Shown here one piece after another: positions 8,589-16,893 of a stretch of 60,015 nucleotides of DNA; within the stretch, counting starts at the first letter, position 1, and each line of letters starts with the position of its first letter. Both the position numbers and the translations under genes were made by a program. The notes beneath the pieces were generated by a model. The model saw nothing but the letters and a program-made list of their open reading frames with translations, was not told the origin of the DNA and ran no database searches. The stretch comes from a virus (taxonomy: Duplodnaviria > Caudoviricetes): positions 1 to 60,015 of IMG/VR virus record IMGVR_UViG_3300044621_001273; one strand, written 5' to 3'.

Positions 8589-8710
8589 TGGCCAGATAGA
8601 AAAAAACTATCAGCCCGATAGAAAATTTCAATTGATAAGATATCGGCATGCCCTGCGTTTTCATGCTGAAATCAATCCCGTCGAAACACAAACCCACCGG
8701 ACTACTCACC

Positions 8711-8923
8711 ATGTCAGCCGTCACCGTCACCCGCGTAAACCCGCCCGTAAAGGCAAAGGTGCGCCCATATGTGCGTGCCAGTGTCTTCATTGACTTCGTG
8801 GAATTTTCCCTGCGTATCAATGATGATAGAAAGCGCACATTCTTCAGGGACGCACAGTATGCATACGAAGGTAATTACAAGACCATCGTGAGCAAGCTGT
8901 TGCTTGCTATCGATCAAGCATAA
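8711..8923 (+). CDS. Hypothetical early protein
   Basis: First rightward ORF (MSAVTVTRV...); its stop codon overlaps a repeated regulatory motif. Confidence 0.55.
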   Translation: MSAVTVTRVNPPVKAKVRPYVRASVFIDFVEFSLRINDDRKRTFFRDAQYAYEGNYKTIVSKLLLAIDQA

Positions 8924-9000
8924 GGGTTTATCCTATAGGGCAGAACAATCTGTCCCTTAGAATAAATCTTCATAAACCCGCAAACAAAGGAAGTCTCACC
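8921..9000 (+). promoter_or_regulatory. Early expression cassette 1 (GGGTTTATCCT box, hairpin, TAGAAT, AAGGA SD)
   Basis: Same architecture recurs at 9826 and 10060. Confidence 0.6.
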
Positions 9001-9828
9001 ATGAAAACCCATGCTCTCCGCGCCTTTGCTTCCATAGTGCAGAATGGCAGCATCGATGCCATCATTGCTACCCTTGAAACCCTGAGTGCCGATGAACGTT
9101 TCCAATCGATCGGATGGCAACGTTCGTTTGCCCGCCTTTCCCGTGTCTTCACCACCGGCAAGCCAGAACTTACCGTCATTAAATCCGATGGCAATAGTAA
9201 ACTGCCGTTCTATGCATTTTCTTCCCTTCCCGGTGTCACATGTCCGGGCGCTGGCGAGTGTCTCAAATTCTGCTATTCCTTTCGGGCATGGCGGTATCCC
9301 GATGCATTTGCCCGTCAAGTGCAAAACGCATTCTTGATGCGGTTCTATCCCAATACCATCAAGGCAGCATTCAATGCTATGCCTGATGGTGTAGATTTCC
9401 GTCTATACGTTGACGGGGATTTTTCCTCCGTGTCCGATGTATCCTTTTGGTTTTCTCTGTTACTCTCGCGTCCCGGCATCAAAGCATATGGATATAGCAA
9501 ATCGTTTGCAGAATTGCTCGCCTACACTGGCGACTATCCAATCAACTATGCCCTTAACGTGTCTTCAGGACACAATCATTCTGTCGACACTGTCAATATG
9601 ATAAAGACCCTGCCGGTTACCCGTGGTGAGTTTCGTGCAGTGTCTGTCGGGTTTAAGGTGAAGTCGAATATGCACGGCACTAAGGCCGTCAATGATGCCC
9701 TGCGCATCAAGTCAAATGAGCGTATCTTCCCTTGCCCGGGCAAGTGTGGATCTTGCACAGGGAAAGGGCATGCATGCGGTATGCTTGATTCTCTGAAGGG
9801 CAGGGTCATCGCTATCGCTATCCACTAA
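9001..9828 (+). CDS. Gp88-like protein with a CxxxCxxC Fe-S (radical-SAM-like) motif
   Basis: GNSKL...TCPGAGECLKFCY, FRLYVDGDF, YGYSK, C-terminal CPGKCGSC...AC. Confidence 0.7.
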   Translation: MKTHALRAFASIVQNGSIDAIIATLETLSADERFQSIGWQRSFARLSRVFTTGKPELTVIKSDGNSKLPFYAFSSLPGVTCPGAGECLKFCYSFRAWRYPDAFARQVQNAFLMRFYPNTIKAAFNAMPDGVDFRLYVDGDFSSVSDVSFWFSLLLSRPGIKAYGYSKSFAELLAYTGDYPINYALNVSSGHNHSVDTVNMIKTLPVTRGEFRAVSVGFKVKSNMHGTKAVNDALRIKSNERIFPCPGKCGSCTGKGHACGMLDSLKGRVIAIAIH

Positions 9829-9915
9829 GGGTAAACACCTATGGGGCAGCGTCAATGCTGCCCCTACACTAAACACCATTGTTTGTGACAGACCCTAAGC
9901 AAAGGAAACACCATC
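9826..9915 (+). promoter_or_regulatory. Early expression cassette 2
   Basis: TAAGGGTAAACACCT, hairpin GGGGCAGC/GCTGCCCC, TACACT, leader ACCCTAAGCAAAGGAAACACC. Confidence 0.6.
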
Positions 9916-10062
9916 ATGAAAAAATACACAGTCACAATCCAGCATGTAGCATATGCTTTCATCCGGGAAAGTTTCCCAGTGTATGCGCCGTCAATTGACG
10001 CAGCATACGGAATAGCGCAAAGGCAAAAAGGAGAATGGTTTACCATTGTTAGTGTCAGATGA
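9916..10062 (+). CDS. Small early protein (48 aa)
   Basis: MKKYTVTIQHVAY...; AAGGA SD; not in the ORF track. Confidence 0.6.
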   Translation: MKKYTVTIQHVAYAFIRESFPVYAPSIDAAYGIAQRQKGEWFTIVSVR

Positions 10063-10132
10063 GGGTTTATACCAATGGCATCAAATGGTGCCATTTAATA
10101 AACTTTCGTCACCCTAAGCAAAGGAAAACACC
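10060..10132 (+). promoter_or_regulatory. Early expression cassette 3
   Basis: TGAGGGTTTATACC, hairpin AATGGCATC/GGTGCCATT, TAAACT, leader ACCCTAAGCAAAGGAAAACACC. Confidence 0.6.
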
Positions 10133-10303
10133 ATGCAATACCTATCCATCCTCATCGAATCTGACGGCGACACCGTCGATACCATCGAACATTCTACAGA
10201 TGATGCGACAGCATCACTCACTGCCTATGTCGCTGCTACGGGTTTCTCCCTAGTGCAGAACTACTGGCAAGGGTCTACACTGACTGCCATTGTCACTATG
10301 TAA
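10133..10303 (+). CDS. Small early protein (56 aa)
   Basis: MQYLSILIESDGDTVDTIEH...; AAGGA SD; not in the ORF track. Confidence 0.55.
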   Translation: MQYLSILIESDGDTVDTIEHSTDDATASLTAYVAATGFSLVQNYWQGSTLTAIVTM

Positions 10304-10316
10304 TGGAGTGCTGAAA

Positions 10317-10712
10317 ATGATTGACAACGCATACTTAAAATTGAAGGTGTCACGTTACACCATCCCCATGTTGCATGGTGCCATTGCAGATTGTCACCAT
10401 ACGCTGAAGATTGGACAGTATCCTTATGAGCATCCCTATGCTCAGAAATTGTGGGCAGAAATTGATGCTTGCAGGGATAGGCTGATGGCGTTGACGAAGG
10501 GAAAGCAAAAATGGAAAGACATATTCACAATTCAGCGTGCCGCTAATGCTGCCCGTGCCCGCACAGGAAACGACACCATCGGCGTAGGTGTCCGTGCTGG
10601 TCAGTATCAAGTTCAACATATCACCTACACCAATGGTGTATCCACTGTTGTCCCTGTCACCGATTGGATGCCTTTGTCGTCTGTCCTGCCTTTTCTGGAG
10701 TCGATGCAATGA
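10317..10712 (+). CDS. Hypothetical early protein
   Basis: GGAG SD before MIDNAYLK; ATGA overlap with the next gene. Confidence 0.6.
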   Translation: MIDNAYLKLKVSRYTIPMLHGAIADCHHTLKIGQYPYEHPYAQKLWAEIDACRDRLMALTKGKQKWKDIFTIQRAANAARARTGNDTIGVGVRAGQYQVQHITYTNGVSTVVPVTDWMPLSSVLPFLESMQ

Positions 10713-11260
10713 AAGTACTAGTGGCCTGTGAATATAGTGGTGTTGTCCGTGACGCCTTCCGTGCCCGAGGGCACGATGCCATGTCCTGCGACCTATTGCC
10801 GTCAGAATCACCCGGTCCACATTATCAGGGTGACGTCACGGATATTCTGAACGATGGTTTCGATATGATGGTGGCACATCCTCCATGCACCCATCTTGCC
10901 GTCAGTGGTGCAAGATGGTTCAAGAATAAGGTGCAGCAGCAGCAGGAAGCACTTGATTTTGTCCGTCTTTTGATGAATGCACCGATACCCCGTATCTGCA
11001 TTGAAAACCCTGTTTCCATCATTTCATCCCGTATCCGCAAACCAGACCAAGTGATTCAACCGTGGCAATTCGGGCATGGTGAGACAAAGGCAACATGCCT
11101 GTGGCTCAAGGGTTTGCCTAAACTGGTCCCGACGAACATTGTCGAGGGCCGCGAACAGCGCATCCACAAAATGCCACCGTCCCCTGATCGCTGGAAACTC
11201 CGCAGCACAACATACAAAGGCATCGCTGCTGCTATGGCTCAACAGTGGGGACAACAATGA
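10709..11260 (+). CDS. Short phage-type DNA cytosine methyltransferase-like protein
   Basis: MKVLVACEYSG, catalytic HPPCT, ENP, KATCLWL, RSTTYKGIAAAMAQQWG. Confidence 0.75.
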   Translation: MKVLVACEYSGVVRDAFRARGHDAMSCDLLPSESPGPHYQGDVTDILNDGFDMMVAHPPCTHLAVSGARWFKNKVQQQQEALDFVRLLMNAPIPRICIENPVSIISSRIRKPDQVIQPWQFGHGETKATCLWLKGLPKLVPTNIVEGREQRIHKMPPSPDRWKLRSTTYKGIAAAMAQQWGQQ

Positions 11261-11313
11261 TGCACCCCGATGATTTAGGCATCGCCATCTTCGCCGTCGC
11301 CATCATCATCCTC

Positions 11314-11352
11314 ATGCTGATAGGCATCATCTGATGCTGATAGGCATCATCT
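11314..11352. repeat. 19-bp tandem duplication ATGCTGATAGGCATCATCT
   Basis: Copies at 11314-11332 and 11334-11352. Confidence 0.85.
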
Positions 11353-11389
11353 AACGGTGGCCAGGACGCGATAATTTTGGAGATATTAA

Positions 11390-11713
11390 ATGATCAATCT
11401 TACCCCTCATGCCATCGTCATCCGTCTTATCGATGGCACCGACCGCACCATCCCGCCATCGGGTGTTGTTGCCCGTGTCATCCATGAAGAGAAGGTGACG
11501 GGCTATCTACATGGTGTTGTCCCCATCATCACCCGTGTCTACATGGGAGTGCAGGGCCTTCCTGAAGGTGATGAACCCGTGCTGGTATCGTCGATGGTGT
11601 TGTCTGCCCTACCGGCAGGGTCACCCGGTGTTTATGCGCCAGACACTGGCAGCACTGCTATCCGTGACGACAAGGGGCACGTTGTCGCAGTCACCCGTCT
11701 TGTGGGTTGTTAG
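11390..11713 (+). CDS. Conserved hypothetical protein (NLTPH motif)
   Basis: GGAG SD; MINLTPHAI...PPSG...RDDKG. Confidence 0.75.
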   Translation: MINLTPHAIVIRLIDGTDRTIPPSGVVARVIHEEKVTGYLHGVVPIITRVYMGVQGLPEGDEPVLVSSMVLSALPAGSPGVYAPDTGSTAIRDDKGHVVAVTRLVGC

Positions 11714-11999
11714 GACAACACTATCAACACAGGTTTAGTGATAGCAACAATCAACTAGACCAATAAAACACATCCACTAATAATCTCAACATCGACAACG
11801 CAACAGGAGCTACAGAGATGATCAAGATCAACGTCAACGGCGGCATCACCTTCTGGTCCATCCCTAGCCTGGCCATCGGTGGAAGCTTCCATTCCCGTGC
11901 AGTGGTGCCAGCATCGACAGAACGTCGTCGCATGATGGCGTCCTTCATCGTCGGTGTTGTCATCGGCATCGTGTTGTTCTTCTGATAGGAGACATTGTC

Positions 12000-12212
12000 A
12001 TGTTGGTTACCCGTCGCAGCTCCTATTCCAACATCACCCGGATGTGGGACATGGATGTTACACAGGAGCAACTCGATGCCTACTTTGATGGCAAAGGGTT
12101 AGTCCATGAAATCTTTCCTCAACTCACTGCTGATGAACGTGAATTCATCATGACCGGCATCACCCCAGAAGAATGGGATGAGTTGTTCTATGATGAAAAT
12201 AATGAAGAATAA
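12000..12212 (+). CDS. Conserved hypothetical phage protein
   Basis: AGGAG SD; FPQLTADEREFIMTGITPEEWDELF. Confidence 0.75.
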   Translation: MLVTRRSSYSNITRMWDMDVTQEQLDAYFDGKGLVHEIFPQLTADEREFIMTGITPEEWDELFYDENNEE

Positions 12213-12250
12213 TTGTCGACAAATCGGAACACATTGAAAGGAACATTGAC

Positions 12251-12520
12251 ATGAACGCTACCATCTCCAACGCCATCGAGAACACCTGTGGTCGTTTCTT
12301 CACTGTCCTCGTCCTCAAGAAGGACGGCACTGTCCGCGCCATCAATGGCCGCGTAGGCGTGAAGAAACATCTGAAGGGTGGTGCTGTCCCTAACGGACAT
12401 GTTGCCACGCTGAAGGACATGCTGGTGGTGTACGACGTCAAGGAAAAGGGCTACCGTGCCATCAACAAGCACAATGTCCTTGCCGTTCGCGTCAACAAAG
12501 TGGAGATGGTTGTATGCTGA
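12251..12520 (+). CDS. Small phage protein, SH3/beta-barrel-like
   Basis: FFTVLVLKKDGTVRAINGR...VYDVKEKGYRAIN. Confidence 0.65.
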   Translation: MNATISNAIENTCGRFFTVLVLKKDGTVRAINGRVGVKKHLKGGAVPNGHVATLKDMLVVYDVKEKGYRAINKHNVLAVRVNKVEMVVC

Positions 12521-12689
12521 AACTATTCTGGACCTACTTCGATGGTAGGCAAGAGATGAGGCTGTTCAGCGACGCAGAATCAGTAACATCCTTCATCATC
12601 TTGTCCAACATCATCAACGACAACAACGTCTCATCTGTCCGTCTCAACAGAGACAACATGGTCAACATCATTTACAAGGGCTGAACATA

Positions 12690-13058
12690 ATGAAAGTGTT
12701 CATCTATTTCAACCTGCATCGTCGCCTCTTCAGTGTCAAAGCGATGGAAGGTGAGTTCAAAGGACGTGTTGTTGCCCATGTTGACAGGGCTCTGTTGTCC
12801 AACGCTGTTTTCAAGGTGTCGCAGGCAGGACGTCAACGTGTTCTTCGTGAGAAGAAGAAGAATGTCCATGCTGGTGTTGTTGGAAACTGGGAAACGGTGC
12901 AGCACTACACAGGAAGTGGACTCACCGCCATCACCTACAACCCCTACAAATATTCTTCTTTTGTCACCCGCGACGAAGAAAAGCCGGTAACATCTTCACC
13001 ATTGGTTGCACTCAGCATCACCGACAAGACCACCATCAACGCTCTTCAACCTGTCTGA
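12690..13058 (+). CDS. Conserved hypothetical phage protein
   Basis: YFNLH...FKVSQAGRQRVLREKKKNVHAGVVG...YNPY. Confidence 0.75.
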   Translation: MKVFIYFNLHRRLFSVKAMEGEFKGRVVAHVDRALLSNAVFKVSQAGRQRVLREKKKNVHAGVVGNWETVQHYTGSGLTAITYNPYKYSSFVTRDEEKPVTSSPLVALSITDKTTINALQPV

Positions 13059-13069
13059 AAGACACTGCC

Positions 13070-13918
13070 ATGCGTCAATCTCTCATCTATTCCCGCGCTG
13101 CTACCAACACCGTACTGTCTGCGGAAGCCATCATGCAGCGTGCCCCTGCTGTCTTCGCTGAAGACAAAGCAGCCCGGCTCACCAACCGCTATCACGCGCT
13201 GAAGACTTCTGATCTTCTGCCGGTGTTGGCAGACTACGGATATTTGCCTGTGCAGGCTGCTCAGAAACGTGCCCGCAAAGGCAAGCCAGAGCACACGGCA
13301 CACTTGCTGGCGTTTGCCCGCTCTGCTGACGTCAACACCACTGGTGATGTTCGCAGTGAGCTACTCGTTTACAACTCGCATGACGGCACCAGTGGCGTCA
13401 AGCTGATGGCGGGTGCATACAGGTTCGTCTGCTCCAACGGCATCGTCAACGGCAACGGCAACACCGTCAGCGTTCGCCACACTCACAAGGCAATGGAGGA
13501 CTTCGAAGCCATGCTGCGTAGCATCATCGAGGGTGTTCCCAATATGATGAACACCATCGAAGCCATGCGTCAACGTAAAGTCGATGAAGAGCAGGCTAGG
13601 AAGTTTGCAAAGCGTGCTGTCATGCTGCGTTGGGACTATCTCAATGGTGCCTATGTCCCTGAGGAGACACCGACAGGCAGCTATGCTGACAGCACCACTG
13701 TGACGCAGGCGCTGACAGCACAACGCAGCAGTGACACACTCACGGATGCATGGACAGTGTTCAACAGAGTGCAGGAGAATGTCTTGCGTGGTAATGTCTT
13801 CATCAAGTCCATCACGGATAAAAATGGACTCAGGGAACGCAAAGCACGACCCATTGCTTCCATCAGCGAACATGTCGCTGTCAATCAATCAATTTTCGAT
13901 CTTGCAGGAGTGTTGTGA
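13070..13918 (+). CDS. DUF932/DUF945-family protein
   Basis: NSHDGTS...GAYRFVCSNG and WTVFNRVQEN motifs. Confidence 0.85.
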   Translation: MRQSLIYSRAATNTVLSAEAIMQRAPAVFAEDKAARLTNRYHALKTSDLLPVLADYGYLPVQAAQKRARKGKPEHTAHLLAFARSADVNTTGDVRSELLVYNSHDGTSGVKLMAGAYRFVCSNGIVNGNGNTVSVRHTHKAMEDFEAMLRSIIEGVPNMMNTIEAMRQRKVDEEQARKFAKRAVMLRWDYLNGAYVPEETPTGSYADSTTVTQALTAQRSSDTLTDAWTVFNRVQENVLRGNVFIKSITDKNGLRERKARPIASISEHVAVNQSIFDLAGVL

Positions 13919-14103
13919 TGCATTTCAATAGCATGAATATTCACGGTGTTGCTCATGTCAGTGTTGAGAAGCGACGCCTTGAATCTGCTGATGTCAACAT
14001 CGTTGATGTCAAAGTGTTGGCAGATGACGGCAATGAGTTTGTGTTGACGCTGTTCTGCAGCACCAACAGAGATGACATTGACGTTGTTGTGAAGGGGTTG
14101 TGA
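13915..14103 (+). CDS. Hypothetical protein
   Basis: Coupled to both neighbours by GTGA overlaps. Confidence 0.55.
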   Translation: MMHFNSMNIHGVAHVSVEKRRLESADVNIVDVKVLADDGNEFVLTLFCSTNRDDIDVVVKGL

Positions 14104-14441
14104 TGTCTGAAGAAGAACTTCTACACTACGCAGCTAAGGCTGTTGGCTATACTCTTGTTGGTCATTACGATGCCAGCAATAGATATTGGCCTTGGTGTGT
14201 TGAGCTTGGAAACTATTGGTTTCCATCGGAAATTAGTGGTGATGCACTACGTCTACTTGTGCATCTACGCCTAGAGCCTAGATTTCTAGACATGGATAAC
14301 CTATACGGCCCTCCTCGCATCACCTTCCACAACATAAGTGGATTTATTCAACTGGTTGATGATGATGGTGTAGAAGCAGCTATGCGTCTCGCCATCACCA
14401 GAGTAGCAGCAGAGATAGGTAAAGCAAAGGAGAATGAATAA
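14100..14441 (+). CDS. Hypothetical protein, paralog of 15810..16106
   Basis: ELL..AAKA.G...GDALRL.V.L...R.AI.R.AAEIG shared with the paralog. Confidence 0.7.
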   Translation: MMSEEELLHYAAKAVGYTLVGHYDASNRYWPWCVELGNYWFPSEISGDALRLLVHLRLEPRFLDMDNLYGPPRITFHNISGFIQLVDDDGVEAAMRLAITRVAAEIGKAKENE

Positions 14442-14803
14442 TGAGCACCAACTACTACACCGCAGAAAACTACTGTGACCATTGCAAACAATACAAAGTA
14501 GACCTCCACATTGGCAAGAGTAGCGGAGGATGGTGTTTCTCTTTCCAAGGATATCGATGGATGTCATTGACTTCCTGGTCGGCATGGAAGGACTACCTCA
14601 AGGACAAACTCATCATGGATGAGTATGGTGAGAAGGTAGACTATGCATCCTTTGTTGACCTCATTGAGAAACACAAATCACCATCATCACCCTATGTCAA
14701 ATTCCATCACAATGAGGAAGGAAGGAAAAAGGGATGGTTTAATTCTGAACATGATTGGGATGATGCTGAAGGGTTTCCGTTTTCAGCTAGGGAGTTTTCA
14801 TGA
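14441..14803 (+). CDS. Conserved hypothetical protein
   Basis: MSTNYY...CDHC...LHIGKSSGGW; AAGGAG SD. Confidence 0.7.
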   Translation: MSTNYYTAENYCDHCKQYKVDLHIGKSSGGWCFSFQGYRWMSLTSWSAWKDYLKDKLIMDEYGEKVDYASFVDLIEKHKSPSSPYVKFHHNEEGRKKGWFNSEHDWDDAEGFPFSAREFS

Positions 14804-14884
14804 CTATTCCGTTTCTTCGTTCAATGCAGGATTTCGACGAAAAAAAGGAACAGCCTCATGCAGCCGTGTAAAGGAGAAGAACGC

Positions 14885-15733
14885 ATGAGCAAGCTACACA
14901 AAGCCGCCCAGCAGGCGCTGGAGGCGTTGGAGTTCATGGCAGACGAATGGGGCTTTACGCAAAAGGCGAACAGACCTGAACGATGGCAAGCAATCGAAGC
15001 CCTGCGAGCCGCGCTGGCGCAGCAGGATGAGCCAAAGGGAGGGGGCAACTTGCCACCCCCCTTGCAGGCAGAGCCGGTGGAGGAGCCGGTGGCGTGGCAG
15101 TGGTTGAACACTGCACACTTCCGCAAGAATCTGCCAGTCAATGCTGAATCGGGTGCATGGAATCCACTTTACACCCGCCCACCCCGCCGCGAGTGGCGGG
15201 GACTGACGGAGGAGGACGTCGCGCAAAACCTCCGGTCAAGGCATGACGCCGCCAAGCTCCTTGAGGAGCGCAGGCAGGAGATAACGCAGCCCCCCGAAGC
15301 CCTGCGCCATGCTCAGGAACTTGATCGGCGGGGGCTTCTGGAAGAAGCAGCCGAACTGCGCCATCTGCATTACGAGAACGAGCGGCTGCACCAGATCAAC
15401 CAGTCCCACGAGATGAAGCTGTCCGTGCGAGGGTATGAGATACAGATTGCGGATCTGAAACCACGCGAGAAACTCGCTCACTGGATGCGCAGCATGGGCT
15501 ACGCGACCGGCCACGGCGACACGATAGAGGATCTTCTGGACCACCTCGGCACGCAGATTGCCGAGGGACTGAAGGCCGAGGTGATGATGGAGCGCGAGGC
15601 GTGCGCCAAGGAGTGCGACGCCGTATCCGCAAGCGCAGACAAAGCTGCTGTGGATGGGCAGTACCTAGTCATCAGGAATGGGGCCGAAGCTCGGCGCTGC
15701 GCTGCTGCCATTCGAGCAAGGGGGAAGCCATGA
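14885..15733 (+). CDS. Mosaic accessory phage protein in a higher-GC segment
   Basis: AAGGAG SD before MSKLHKAAQQALEALE; EPVAW, EWRGLT and EREACAK...CAAAIRARG modules. Confidence 0.7.
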   Translation: MSKLHKAAQQALEALEFMADEWGFTQKANRPERWQAIEALRAALAQQDEPKGGGNLPPPLQAEPVEEPVAWQWLNTAHFRKNLPVNAESGAWNPLYTRPPRREWRGLTEEDVAQNLRSRHDAAKLLEERRQEITQPPEALRHAQELDRRGLLEEAAELRHLHYENERLHQINQSHEMKLSVRGYEIQIADLKPREKLAHWMRSMGYATGHGDTIEDLLDHLGTQIAEGLKAEVMMEREACAKECDAVSASADKAAVDGQYLVIRNGAEARRCAAAIRARGKP

Positions 15734-15809
15734 AACTTCGTGCTTTCCTGCGCGGCTTCGCCAACGGACTGGCACTGCTGCCGCTGTGGCGGTGGATAAG
15801 GGGCAAGAC

Positions 15810-16106
15810 ATGACTGACAGAGAACTACTGGAACTTGCTGCGAAGGCGGCGGGGTTGCTTGAGATGGCTGTCGGTGACAAAGACATTCAACGGTATTTAT
15901 TGAGATGGAACCCCCTCACCGACGACGGCGATGCGCTGCGGTTGGCGGTGAAGTTGAAGATGACCATGGATGTAACAGATAAGGCATCTGGGGCTGGTGC
16001 AATAGGTCTTAAGTGGTGCTCAGAGCCTTGCAAAGACGACCCCTACGCCGCCACCCGCCGCGCCATCGTGCGTGCTGCGGCTGAGATCGGGAGGGGCAAG
16101 ACATGA
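15810..16106 (+). CDS. Accessory phage protein flanked by a 15-bp direct repeat
   Basis: MTDRELLELAAKAAG...WNPLTDDGDALRLAVKL...ATRRAIVRAAAEIG. Confidence 0.7.
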   Translation: MTDRELLELAAKAAGLLEMAVGDKDIQRYLLRWNPLTDDGDALRLAVKLKMTMDVTDKASGAGAIGLKWCSEPCKDDPYAATRRAIVRAAAEIGRGKT

Positions 16107-16495
16107 AACAACGCACCAGAATCAGAAGACTCAAGGCTCGCCTCTACCCGTTGTGGATCTACGCATATTGGTGTAAGCCCACTGAAGTCACGCTAAGCGC
16201 TGCTCTGCGTGAGTTTTACGCCAAGGCGCGGGCAGAGATGGAGAACATGCCATGAACACCACCACTCGACGCTATCCAAGAACAATGTTGGAAGCCTGGC
16301 CCACTCGACACCCCTATGCCATTGAACGCACGGTGAAGCCTGTGTCATTCAAAGGTGTTGTCTTATTCTGCATCCTTGGTGTAGCATTGGGCATTGTTGC
16401 AGCACTCATGTACGTAGGAATATGATGAAGAAAATCACCTTGTTCTGGCTAACCATCAAGAGGCGTGAGCCTTTGTTTCCAATGAAAGCGAAGCT

Positions 16496-16699
16496 ATGAG
16501 TCAATCTATACTCGATTGGGTAACCCTACAGAATCGAATCAGCGACTACGCCGACATGCAAGACAAACTCATTGCTGTGTTAGATAACATCATCTTTGAA
16601 GCAGGCTATGCCGGCTCTGACGGGTATATGGATGGTGTCATTCACAGCGATAACATCTACACAGCAGTAGCACTCATCAGAGAAGCGAGGCGAATGTGA
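16496..16699 (+). CDS. Hypothetical protein
   Basis: ORF coupled to the next gene. Confidence 0.5.
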   Translation: MSQSILDWVTLQNRISDYADMQDKLIAVLDNIIFEAGYAGSDGYMDGVIHSDNIYTAVALIREARRM

Positions 16700-16893
16700 T
16701 AGTGTGTACATGTGGTCACAACGTAGACAGCTATGCCGACACAGCCACCATTGTCCTAAAGCAATATTGCCCAAGGAATGGTCCCTACATCAGCTACGTC
16801 GTCTATTGCAAACCCTGTGCTGATGAAGCAACACAGCACGGCGAAGTGCTTTTCAACGACAAAGACATTGACAACTGGCTTCAAATATCATGA
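16696..16893 (+). CDS. Small Cys-rich (zinc-ribbon-like) protein
   Basis: CTCGH...CKPC; ATGA overlap with the integrase. Confidence 0.55.
   Translation: MIVCTCGHNVDSYADTATIVLKQYCPRNGPYISYVVYCKPCADEATQHGEVLFNDKDIDNWLQIS

Noticed and set aside
8136-8590. Repeat arrays as a CRISPR array
   Set aside because: Units are 8-10 bp, tandem, with no unique spacers and no cas genes.
8067-8838. ORFs across the repeats (ARAGACWRVL / PARASTRQH)
   Set aside because: They are translations of stop-free tandem repeats in several frames, with no SD.
8921-10110. Early hairpins as N4-type virion RNA polymerase promoters
   Set aside because: No virion RNA polymerase-sized ORF is present, and the loops are 4-6 nt rather than the N4 3-nt loop.
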